Source: Escherichia phage 348Ecol098PP. From it: a stretch of DNA of 64,000 nucleotides. Of this stretch, positions 56,651 to 64,000 are shown piece after piece; the stretch's first letter is position 1; every line of letters begins with the position of its first letter. Position numbers and translations under genes: made by a program. The notes beneath the pieces were generated by a model, which saw only the letters and a list, made by a program, of their open reading frames with translations, ran no database searches and had not been told where the DNA came from. The stretch lies in sequence record OR062947.1, one strand, 5' to 3'.

Positions 56651-56947
56651 ATGATTTTAACTGAACAAGAAACTATGGTTCTTCGTGAACGTATTAAAAC
56701 TATTCTGTCTGTAGGCGTTCATCGTGTTGTATTTGAAAAGGCTAATGGTGATGTTCGTACGATGTTTGCTTCTCGTGATGAACTTGAAGTCAAATATGAA
56801 AATAGAAATCCAGCAACAGAAGTTCGTTCTGAACCTCGTGAATCAGTTCGAGCATTCGATACCGAGTTAGGTCAGTGGCGTTCTTTCCGCCTTGATAAAG
56901 TAATTTCGGTTGATGGTACTCCGGTAGAACGTTTGCTTCTTATGTAA
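56651..56947 (+). CDS. hypothetical protein
   Basis: ATG at 56651 after ggtga SD (track start 56639 is GTG); 98 aa. Confidence 0.5.
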   Translation: MILTEQETMVLRERIKTILSVGVHRVVFEKANGDVRTMFASRDELEVKYENRNPATEVRSEPRESVRAFDTELGQWRSFRLDKVISVDGTPVERLLLM

Positions 56948-56949
56948 TA

Positions 56950-56974
56950 TGCTTTACGAATAGTATGGTATTAT
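56950..56974 (+). promoter_or_regulatory. MotA-dependent middle promoter upstream of gene 31
   Basis: MotA box tgcttta at 56950-56956, 12 nt spacer, tattat at 56969-56974. Confidence 0.5.
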
Positions 56975-57004
56975 TAATCTATCGTCAAACAACAAGGAAA
57001 TAAG

Positions 57005-57337
57005 ATGTCTGAAGTACAACTCCCAATTCGTGCTGTTGGTGAATATGTCATTCTGGTTTCTGAACCCGCTCAAGCAGGTGATGAAGAAGTTACCGAATCA
57101 GGACTTGTGATTGGTAAACGTGTTCAAGGTGAAGTTCCTGAACTATGTGTAGTTCATTCTGTAGGTCCTGATGTTCCTGAAGGTTTTGTTGAAGTTGGTG
57201 ATTTGACTCCACTACCAGTTGGACAAATTCGAAATGTTCCACATCCATTTGTGGCTTTGGGACTTAAACAACCTAAAGAAATTAAACAGAAATTCGTAAC
57301 ATGCCACTATAAAGCTATTCCGTGTCTTTATAAGTGA
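57005..57337 (+). CDS. 31: co-chaperonin gp31 (GroES analogue)
   Basis: 110 aa ORF; position between cd and rIII as in T4. Confidence 0.8.
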   Translation: MSEVQLPIRAVGEYVILVSEPAQAGDEEVTESGLVIGKRVQGEVPELCVVHSVGPDVPEGFVEVGDLTPLPVGQIRNVPHPFVALGLKQPKEIKQKFVTCHYKAIPCLYK

Positions 57338-57345
57338 TATAAATA
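57338..57345 (+). promoter_or_regulatory. late promoter TATAAATA downstream of gene 31
   Basis: exact tataaata immediately after the gene 31 stop, followed by a gaagag-aaca-ctcttc hairpin. Confidence 0.4.
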
Positions 57346-57461
57346 ACTATATGAAGAGAACACTCTTCTAAGCGGTAGCCTACAACTGAGAGACTTGTCG
57401 AAAGAAGGTGAAATTCAGACGAACGTGGCTACTAAATATTATCTCGAATTGAGAATTTAAA

Positions 57462-57710
57462 ATGATTAAACAATTACAACACGCTCTTGAACTGCAACGA
57501 AACGCATGGAATAATGGTCATGAAAACTACGGCGCATCTATTGATGTTGAAGCCGAAGCTCTTGAAATCCTTCGTTATTTCAAACATCTGAACCCGGTCC
57601 AGGCAGCTTTGGCTTCTGAACTTGAAGCAAAAGATGAACTGAAATATGCTAAGCCTTTGGCTTCTGCAGCTCGTAAAGCAGTACGTCATTTTGTTATTAC
57701 CCTGAAATAA
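57462..57710 (+). CDS. rIII: rIII lysis-inhibition accessory protein
   Basis: 82 aa (T4 RIII is 82 aa); position after gene 31. Confidence 0.75.
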   Translation: MIKQLQHALELQRNAWNNGHENYGASIDVEAEALEILRYFKHLNPVQAALASELEAKDELKYAKPLASAARKAVRHFVITLK

Positions 57711-57904
57711 GTGTTAGGTGAGTCACTACCTTAGTGCGAAGTTAAAATCGAGGAGCCGTCGAACTATGTTTTACGGTGTACCTCTTGAATGTTGACGAGG
57801 TTTATGGTTATCCTGTCGTTAAATATCCAAAACCTATGTTCCCTTCGAGGGCTTGCGCAGGCAATGTCAATAAGTCCTGCATTTTCATTTAAAGAGAATT
57901 TATA

Positions 57905-58084
57905 ATGGCAAAACAAGCTAAAGCAAAGAAAGCAGTTGAAAAGAAAGTTGATGGTACCTCTAAACGCGCTGGATACAAGCGTGGGTCGAACTATCGTATT
58001 AATCAAACAGTTGAGAAGATCATGCGCAGAGCACGTGCAGTTCTTCGAGATGATGCTTCTCGTTTTGGAAAGGTTATTGCATAA
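57905..58084 (+). CDS. small basic protein, tentative
   Basis: 59 aa Lys/Arg-rich ORF below the track cutoff, ending at a terminator. Confidence 0.35.
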   Translation: MAKQAKAKKAVEKKVDGTSKRAGYKRGSNYRINQTVEKIMRRARAVLRDDASRFGKVIA

Positions 58085-58089
58085 TTTTA

Positions 58090-58111
58090 GGGAGACTTCG
58101 GTCTCCCTTTT
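58090..58111 (+). terminator. rho-independent terminator
   Basis: gggagacttcggtctccc hairpin followed by tttt. Confidence 0.8.
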
Positions 58112-58143
58112 GTGCGTTTAGGGCAGAAAAAGTTTAAAAAGAT

Positions 58144-58175
58144 GTTTACTCTCCTGTAGGATGTGTTACTATAGA
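58144..58175 (+). promoter_or_regulatory. T4-type early promoter
   Basis: gtttac at 58144, tactat -10 at 58167 (17 nt spacer). Confidence 0.5.
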
Positions 58176-58214
58176 CTTGTACCACCTAATCGATAAAACA
58201 AACCGGAGAACAAA

Positions 58215-58583
58215 ATGAAAATCAATCTGAACTCATACATCAAATGTAAAGACCACGACGGTTATAAAGCTATCGAAATTAAAGAATTCCAGTGGATGTT
58301 ATACAAAGAGCAATTTGAGTTCGTAGGTTGTATGACCCCTGAAGGACCTTCAGATGATTTCTCTTGGAAAATTGTGTTAGCAAACTTTTTCACAGGTGAC
58401 ACATACGAATTAAAAACTATTATTACCGGTAAAATTCGTTCAGAAACATATGTTGACGAAGAAACTGGTTACTCTGAAGATGTTACATGGTATCAAAATG
58501 GACGCATTACAGCAGATAACCTGATCGAAAAAATGAAAGCCAAAGGTGTTTTAAATTTAGACAATTGGATTAAAGTTGCATAA
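58215..58583 (+). CDS. hypothetical protein
   Basis: 122 aa; ccggagaa SD. Confidence 0.5.
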   Translation: MKINLNSYIKCKDHDGYKAIEIKEFQWMLYKEQFEFVGCMTPEGPSDDFSWKIVLANFFTGDTYELKTIITGKIRSETYVDEETGYSEDVTWYQNGRITADNLIEKMKAKGVLNLDNWIKVA

Positions 58584-58587
58584 AACA

Positions 58588-58627
58588 GTTTACTTTGGTA
58601 CAGGTTATGTTATTATAGACCTGTACC
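58588..58627 (+). promoter_or_regulatory. early promoter with 8-bp inverted repeat flanking -10
   Basis: gtttac at 58588; ggtacagg ... cctgtacc flanking tattat. Confidence 0.5.
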
Positions 58628-58657
58628 AACAAACAACTTAAACATCTGGAGAATAAA

Positions 58658-59023
58658 ATGAACTACATCAACTTCGAACGTAAATATGTTTCTAACGGTA
58701 TCGCTGGTTCTTCTGAAGTTATTTGCTTATGGAAACACGAAAACGGTACAGTTTGTGAAATCGAACAGTGCATGACTCCTAATTACGTTTATATGCGATT
58801 TGAAAACGGCATCACGGTTTCAATCACGATGGAAGGTTCAAATTTTAAAATTGCATTAGATGATGATTTCCGTCAGCGTGATTTAGGTACTCATCCTTGC
58901 TGGAACGGTGTTAATCGTAAACTTCTGGTTAAAACTTGGATTCGTCATATCCTGAGTAACCGAGCTAAACCTGAACATCTCGAAGCAATCTTTGATGTAG
59001 TTCTTAATGAATTCGATATCTAA
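58658..59023 (+). CDS. hypothetical protein
   Basis: 121 aa; ctggagaa SD. Confidence 0.5.
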   Translation: MNYINFERKYVSNGIAGSSEVICLWKHENGTVCEIEQCMTPNYVYMRFENGITVSITMEGSNFKIALDDDFRQRDLGTHPCWNGVNRKLLVKTWIRHILSNRAKPEHLEAIFDVVLNEFDI

Positions 59024-59030
59024 TTTAACT

Positions 59031-59046
59031 GGGAGCCGAAGCTCCC
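59031..59046 (+). other. RNA hairpin (CGAA loop) in the intercistronic region
   Basis: gggagccgaagctccc; no T-run follows. Confidence 0.35.
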
Positions 59047-59058
59047 ACTGAGGAAATT

Positions 59059-59673
59059 ATGTTTAAAGTTAATACTTTTTATAAAATGAATTTTAAAAAT
59101 GGGGATATTACTCCACGCCTTAAAAACATGTTCTCATATGACCTTATCGAGCCTTTTGAAGTTTTAGAAGTTACTGATGCCGGCTCGGTTTGTGAAATTA
59201 GAACTTCTGAAGGTAAAATTTATCAGGCAGGTGTTGGTAAATTCAGTAATTGTTTTTCTTTAATATTCTCGACCGATTTAGATGAGCATTTTATTGAATG
59301 TCCTAACCCTAAGGTCTATGAAGTTCCACAACAAGAAACTAAGAAAAATGGTCCGCACGAATATACGAAGGTTGAAACTCCTCATGGCGTGATGTGGCGT
59401 CATAACTCTCCTTTTGGAAGTAAAGGAACATTTGCTCAACCGTCTAAACCGTATGACGATGAAAAATACGTCGTCGTCTTTTTATCTGAACAGGGCACTC
59501 AAGACCGTGGATGCCAACGAAGTGGTTTACTAAGTGAACTTGAAGCTCATAACCAAGCACGTGAATTCGTTGAGAAAAATCCTGGTTCTGAAGCTCTAGT
59601 CATGAAAGCAATTACTCAATATATCACTGCTCAACCTGTTGTTCATCCGGTAGAAATTAATTTCGTTAAGTAG
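59059..59673 (+). CDS. hypothetical protein
   Basis: 204 aa ORF. Confidence 0.5.
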   Translation: MFKVNTFYKMNFKNGDITPRLKNMFSYDLIEPFEVLEVTDAGSVCEIRTSEGKIYQAGVGKFSNCFSLIFSTDLDEHFIECPNPKVYEVPQQETKKNGPHEYTKVETPHGVMWRHNSPFGSKGTFAQPSKPYDDEKYVVVFLSEQGTQDRGCQRSGLLSELEAHNQAREFVEKNPGSEALVMKAITQYITAQPVVHPVEINFVK

Positions 59674-59703
59674 TTTACATCCAAGGACGGATTAGAGTAT
59701 AAT
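59673..59703 (+). promoter_or_regulatory. early promoter cassette (family A)
   Basis: gtttacatccaaggacggattagagtataat. Confidence 0.55.
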
Positions 59704-59727
59704 GATTTCTTTAGTAAGTGGAAAAAT

Positions 59728-59925
59728 ATGAAATTTTTAATAGCACAAACGGTCCAATTAAAAGGTGTTGGAATCCCTGGGATGATTTTTAAAGTTCTCC
59801 ATGAATTTAAAACCGCCGCTGTAATTATCAATGAAGCGTATGCTGTTCAATGGGTTGATGGGACTTCTGACATACGTATGGGTAAAGAGTTATCTCCTAT
59901 TAAAGGGTTGAAACATGTTGAATAA
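59728..59925 (+). CDS. hypothetical protein
   Basis: 65 aa ORF. Confidence 0.4.
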   Translation: MKFLIAQTVQLKGVGIPGMIFKVLHEFKTAAVIINEAYAVQWVDGTSDIRMGKELSPIKGLKHVE

Positions 59926-60127
59926 ATTAATCCAGAAATTGTTAGGCACGGAAATGGTCGAAGTTACTTATCGTGTGACTGACTGCTCGCCTATTCATCC
60001 ACAGGATGAACCGTATATCAAGACAATTAAAATGCTTAAAAATGACGGTGGTTTATCCATTGAAGACCGTCTGCCTAGTTACGGTCATTGGGCAGATGTT
60101 GAAATTATAAGTGTTAAAGATGCCTGA
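59915..60127 (+). CDS. hypothetical protein
   Basis: 70 aa ORF. Confidence 0.4.
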   Translation: MLNKLIQKLLGTEMVEVTYRVTDCSPIHPQDEPYIKTIKMLKNDGGLSIEDRLPSYGHWADVEIISVKDA

Positions 60128-60578
60128 ATTAGAAATAAGAAGTAATTTCAAGTGGCCGTCATGCGCATTAAGTAACTTTGCTCAATGGCCTTTTGTTATG
60201 GATGGTATTCAATTCGGAGGTCTTGAAGGATTTCTCCAAGGATGTAAGGTGAAAAATGTTGAACAACAAAGACGTATATTTGGGTTGTCTGGATTGGCTG
60301 CACAGCAAGCTGGAAGGTCTTATGCAAGAGCTCAGGACCGTGGGACCCTCTTCTGGTTAGGAGTTCCATTTTCAAGATACTCTGAAGCGTGGAAAGAATT
60401 ATACACAAATGCATATTTTGAAGCCGCGATCCAAAACAAGGGGTTTCGTGATGCCTTACAAGCCTCTAAAGGAAAAATTTTGAAGCACAGCATGGCCAGC
60501 CACCTAACAAAAGATGATACAATACTAACCGAAGCTGAATTTATTGATGTGTTAAACCTATTAAGAGACTCTTTATGA
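60120..60578 (+). CDS. NADAR (YbiA-like) domain protein
   Basis: ATG at 60120 (track start 60111 is GTG); LSNFAQWPFVMDGIQFGGLEGFLQGCK resembles the FSNFAAWP...HYFQAQK core of E. coli YbiA. Confidence 0.5.
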   Translation: MPELEIRSNFKWPSCALSNFAQWPFVMDGIQFGGLEGFLQGCKVKNVEQQRRIFGLSGLAAQQAGRSYARAQDRGTLFWLGVPFSRYSEAWKELYTNAYFEAAIQNKGFRDALQASKGKILKHSMASHLTKDDTILTEAEFIDVLNLLRDSL

Positions 60579-61399
60579 AGCCTACTATTTTGACTGATAT
60601 TGATGGTGTATGTTTAAGCTGGCAATCTGGACTTCCTTATTTTGCCCAAAAATATAATCTTCCATTAGAACATATTTTAAAAATGATTCAGGACGAAAAA
60701 TTTATTTCTCCTGGTAAACTATTCAATACCGACGATAACCTTGGTAAACAATTAATAGAAAAATATAATCGCTCTGATTTTATTCGTTACTTAGCGCCTT
60801 ATTCGGATGCTCTTCGAGTTATCAATAAACTAAAAGAAGACTATAATTTTGTAGCCGTGACGGCGCTAGGTGATTCAATTGATGCTCGATTGAATAGACA
60901 ATTTAACTTGAATGCTTTGTTCCCAGGCGCTTTCTCTGAAGTAATGATGTGTGGTCATGATTCTTCAAAGGAACAATTATTTGAACTAGCTAAAACAAAA
61001 TATAACGTGATTTGTTACGTTGACGATTTAGCTCATCATTGTGACCATGCGGCAGAAATTCTTAATGTACCGATTTATTGGTTGGCTCGTGGTGAACGTG
61101 ATGCCATTCCTCGTACTGCACAACGTGTACACACGTGGGATGATATTGAATCTCGTTTGGTTCCACCTGAGCATAATTCAGATTCAGATCGTGAAGACCT
61201 TTTAAAACGATTGGCGGATTTGCTTAAAGAATCTGGTGCAACAAGTCCAGGCGCATGGCCTAATCAAATTGGTGGCCCCTCGACAACACGTACTCCATAT
61301 ACCTGGCGAACCCCAGGACCAACCGATATGCAGCCATGGTGGACGATTCAAAACTTTCCTTTAGATTCGTCCAAATGGACTTGGTCTACAAATTGTTAA
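60575..61399 (+). CDS. HAD-superfamily hydrolase-like protein
   Basis: 274 aa; N-terminal ILTDIDGV (DxDG, HAD motif I) and a later CYVDD motif. Confidence 0.45.
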   Translation: MKPTILTDIDGVCLSWQSGLPYFAQKYNLPLEHILKMIQDEKFISPGKLFNTDDNLGKQLIEKYNRSDFIRYLAPYSDALRVINKLKEDYNFVAVTALGDSIDARLNRQFNLNALFPGAFSEVMMCGHDSSKEQLFELAKTKYNVICYVDDLAHHCDHAAEILNVPIYWLARGERDAIPRTAQRVHTWDDIESRLVPPEHNSDSDREDLLKRLADLLKESGATSPGAWPNQIGGPSTTRTPYTWRTPGPTDMQPWWTIQNFPLDSSKWTWSTNC

Positions 61400-61408
61400 G
61401 GGTTAATT

Positions 61409-61678
61409 ATGTTTGTAGTTCATGATATTACAGATGGCAAAAACACAACGCGTGACTACGGTCACGTTAACATGTTCTTTCGAGACTGGCCAATGTTTCG
61501 TTCAGTAAAAGACGCAGAAATATTTAAAGAGTGTGTTGAACAAGGGTTCATCTACATTTCAGAATATTATGTTGAAGGTCTCGGTAAATGGATTACCACT
61601 TATCAGAAAACGCTGAAATCGCTTCTAGATGAAGTGGCTTATAATAGAACCGTAACCAAAATCGAGGACATCAAATGA
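61409..61678 (+). CDS. hypothetical protein
   Basis: 89 aa ORF upstream of ligase. Confidence 0.45.
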   Translation: MFVVHDITDGKNTTRDYGHVNMFFRDWPMFRSVKDAEIFKECVEQGFIYISEYYVEGLGKWITTYQKTLKSLLDEVAYNRTVTKIEDIK

Positions 61679-63168
61679 TTTTAGATATTTTAAACCAAAT
61701 AGCTGCGATCGGTTCTACTAAAACAAAACAAGAAATCCTTAAGAAAAATAAGGACAACAAATTACTTGAACGTGTGTATCGTTTAACATATGCACGTGGT
61801 ATCCAGTATTATATTAAGAAATGGCCAGGACCGGGTGAAAGGTCTCAAGCATATGGTCTTCTTGAATTAGATGACATGTTGGATTTTATTGAGTTCACAT
61901 TAGCCACTCGTAAACTCACCGGTAATGCTGCAATTAAAGAGCTCATGGGTTATATCGCTGATGGTAAACCTGATGATGTAGAAGTCCTTCGTCGTGTAAT
62001 GATGCGCGACCTTGAAGTAGGTGCTTCAGTGTCTATCGCGAATAAGGTGTGGCCTGGACTTATTCAATTGCAACCACAGATGTTAGCATCTGCATATGAT
62101 GAGAAATTGATTACTAAAAATATTAAATGGCCCGCATTTGCCCAATTAAAAGCAGATGGTGCTCGTTGTTTCGCTGAAGTTCGCGATGATGGTGTTCAAT
62201 TCTTTTCTCGTGCTGGTAACGAATACCATGGTCTTACTCTATTAGCGGATGAACTAATGGAAATGACTAAAGAAGCTCGTGAAAGACACCCTAATGGGGT
62301 TTTAATCGACGGTGAATTAGTTTATCATTCATTCGATATTAAAAAGGCTGTGAGCTCAGGAAATGACCTGTCGTTCTTATTTGGTGATAATGAAGAATCC
62401 GAAGAAGTACAAGTTGCAGACCGTAGCACTTCAAATGGTTTAGCAAATAAATCTCTTCAAGGGACTATTTCTCCTAAAGAAGCGGAAGGTATGGTTCTTC
62501 AAGCCTGGGACTATGTTCCTTTAGATGAAGTCTATTCTGACGGCAAAATTAAAGGTCAGAAATACGATGTTCGTTTTGCTGCTCTTGAAAATATGGCTGA
62601 AGGCTTTAAGCGAATTGAGCCAATTGAAAATCAGTTAGTTCGTAATCTTGACGAAGCTAAAGTAGTTTATAAAAAATATGTTGACCAAGGTCTTGAAGGT
62701 ATTATCCTTAAAAACCGTGATTCATATTGGGAAAACAAACGCTCTAAGAACCTAATTAAATTTAAAGAAGTTATTGATATCGCTTTAGAAGTTGTAGGAT
62801 ACTATGAACACTCTAAAGACCCTAACAAATTAGGTGGTGTCGAACTCGTATCACGTTGTCGTCGTATTACAACCGATTGTGGTTCAGGGTTTAAAGATAC
62901 AACTCATAAAACAGTTGACGGTGTAAAGGTTCTTATTCCTTTAGACGAGCGTCATGATTTAGACCGTGAACGATTAATGACCGAAGCTCGTGAAGGTAAA
63001 TTAATTGGACGTATCGCTGATTGTGAATGTAATGGTTGGGTTCATTCTAAAGGCCGTGAAGGTACTGTAGGTATTTTCCTTCCAATTATTAAAGGGTTCC
63101 GTTTTGATAAAACAGAAGCGGATTCGTTTGAAGACGTATTTGGACCGTGGTCCCAGACAGGTTTATAA
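61675..63168 (+). CDS. 30: ATP-dependent DNA ligase gp30
   Basis: 497 aa; adenylation motif KADGAR (motif I) and OB-fold region; N-terminus MILDILNQIA... as remembered for T4 ligase. Confidence 0.9.
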   Translation: MILDILNQIAAIGSTKTKQEILKKNKDNKLLERVYRLTYARGIQYYIKKWPGPGERSQAYGLLELDDMLDFIEFTLATRKLTGNAAIKELMGYIADGKPDDVEVLRRVMMRDLEVGASVSIANKVWPGLIQLQPQMLASAYDEKLITKNIKWPAFAQLKADGARCFAEVRDDGVQFFSRAGNEYHGLTLLADELMEMTKEARERHPNGVLIDGELVYHSFDIKKAVSSGNDLSFLFGDNEESEEVQVADRSTSNGLANKSLQGTISPKEAEGMVLQAWDYVPLDEVYSDGKIKGQKYDVRFAALENMAEGFKRIEPIENQLVRNLDEAKVVYKKYVDQGLEGIILKNRDSYWENKRSKNLIKFKEVIDIALEVVGYYEHSKDPNKLGGVELVSRCRRITTDCGSGFKDTTHKTVDGVKVLIPLDERHDLDRERLMTEAREGKLIGRIADCECNGWVHSKGREGTVGIFLPIIKGFRFDKTEADSFEDVFGPWSQTGL

Positions 63169-63356
63169 TGAAAGCTTATTTAGAAACAGTTATTGTAGCT
63201 AAGAAGGATGGTGGAGATGTTTCCACCTCTTGCTCTCAGATTATATTAGATTTTCCTAATAACGATTCCTATCATATTTTTATGGACAATTTCGATAAGT
63301 ACGAAAAAGGCTCTAATTTTGAAGTTTATCGTACTTTGCTTCCGATTGTGGATTAA
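63168..63356 (+). CDS. hypothetical protein
   Basis: ATG at 63168 (TAATG coupling to ligase); 62 aa. Confidence 0.4.
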   Translation: MKAYLETVIVAKKDGGDVSTSCSQIILDFPNNDSYHIFMDNFDKYEKGSNFEVYRTLLPIVD

Positions 63357-63375
63357 GAGCCTTCGGGCTCTTTTT
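63357..63375 (+). terminator. rho-independent terminator
   Basis: gagccttcgggctc hairpin followed by ttttt. Confidence 0.8.
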
Positions 63376-63383
63376 GGCATAAA

Positions 63384-63391
63384 TATAAATT
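63384..63391 (+). promoter_or_regulatory. late-promoter-like TATAAATT upstream of alt
   Basis: one mismatch to TATAAATA, about 20 nt upstream of the alt start. Confidence 0.35.
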
Positions 63392-63411
63392 ATTACTAAA
63401 AGGAAAACACT

Positions 63412-64000
63412 ATGTCTGAACAATTAAATGAAGTGTTTGAATCTGAAGGCAGTCTTCCTGTCGTCAATTTGAACCCTAAAGCTAAAGTTCCACAAGTCTG
63501 GAAAATTGGTGATATCGATACAAATATTGTAGTTCGTTTATTCTCTTACCTTTCCGAAGGCGACGCTGTAAAACAAGTTAAACTTGGCGACAAATACGCT
63601 CATGTTGTTATTATGAGTCTGTCTGAAAAGGGTAATCTCGCTGAATTGAAAAATGGCCTTGGTCCTGCTCCTATTGATGCAATCAACACCATTTTCAATA
63701 CAGTATATGAACAAGTTAAAGCTCTTCGTATGGATGCAGTTCTGTTCCGATTCCCTACCAAGAAATTGAAAGGACGTGGACAACAGCTTCAAACTCTTCT
63801 TGCTCGTTTAGTTTCTACTAAAACCGGTGGTCGTTTTAAAGTATTGTCGGCAATGTATCAATTCACAGGTAAACACACCTATGTGATGATGGTTCGTAAA
63901 AATGCCAACATTGAAGATATTAAAGGCGTCCCTAACATTAATACAGAGTTATACACGAAAGTAGATTCTGATGTTGGCGAAGTTTATGTGAGTAAAAAGA
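63412..64000 (+). CDS. alt: Alt ADP-ribosyltransferase (packaged virion protein), N-terminal part; continues beyond window
   Basis: ORF open to the window end; ...LGPAPIDAINTIF...RFPTKK...LVSTKTGGRF.VL resembles the remembered T4 Alt N-terminus; position after ligase. Confidence 0.6.
   Translation, partial: MSEQLNEVFESEGSLPVVNLNPKAKVPQVWKIGDIDTNIVVRLFSYLSEGDAVKQVKLGDKYAHVVIMSLSEKGNLAELKNGLGPAPIDAINTIFNTVYEQVKALRMDAVLFRFPTKKLKGRGQQLQTLLARLVSTKTGGRFKVLSAMYQFTGKHTYVMMVRKNANIEDIKGVPNINTELYTKVDSDVGEVYVSKK

Overview
This window reads as one contiguous segment of a T4-like (T-even, Straboviridae) lytic myovirus genome, with no integrase, tRNA or CRISPR array. All protein identities below rest on reading the translations against remembered T4 sequences and motifs; no database search was run. 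Early and middle genes run on the + strand: sp-like, primase 61, dCTPase 56, soc, modB/modA-like, srd, dda, dexA, a block of small ORFs, fused topoisomerase 39/60, a putative glycosyltransferase, rIIA, rIIB, ndd, topoisomerase 52, motA and asiA. The late lysis and long-tail-fibre block (t, 38, 37, 36, 35, 34) sits on the - strand at 26970-37091. The + strand then resumes with rnh, dsbA, 33, a GIY-YIG endonuclease, 59, 32, frd, td (group I intron with I-TevI), nrdA, nrdB (group I intron with an intact HNH endonuclease), denA, RNA ligase 63, alc, a spanin pair, pseT, an AroG-like DAHP synthase, cd, 31, rIII, small ORFs, DNA ligase 30 and the start of alt. Intergenic regions carry T4-type early promoters (GTTTAC box plus TATAAT-like -10, often with an inverted repeat around the -10), MotA-box middle promoters, TATAAATA late promoters and UUCG-loop terminators. 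The most interesting candidates for undescribed biology are the putative GT-B glycosyltransferase beside rIIA, the phage DAHP synthase, a tandem triplet of paralogous ORFs after dexA, a NADAR-like/HAD-like pair upstream of ligase, and the duplicated promoter cassettes.
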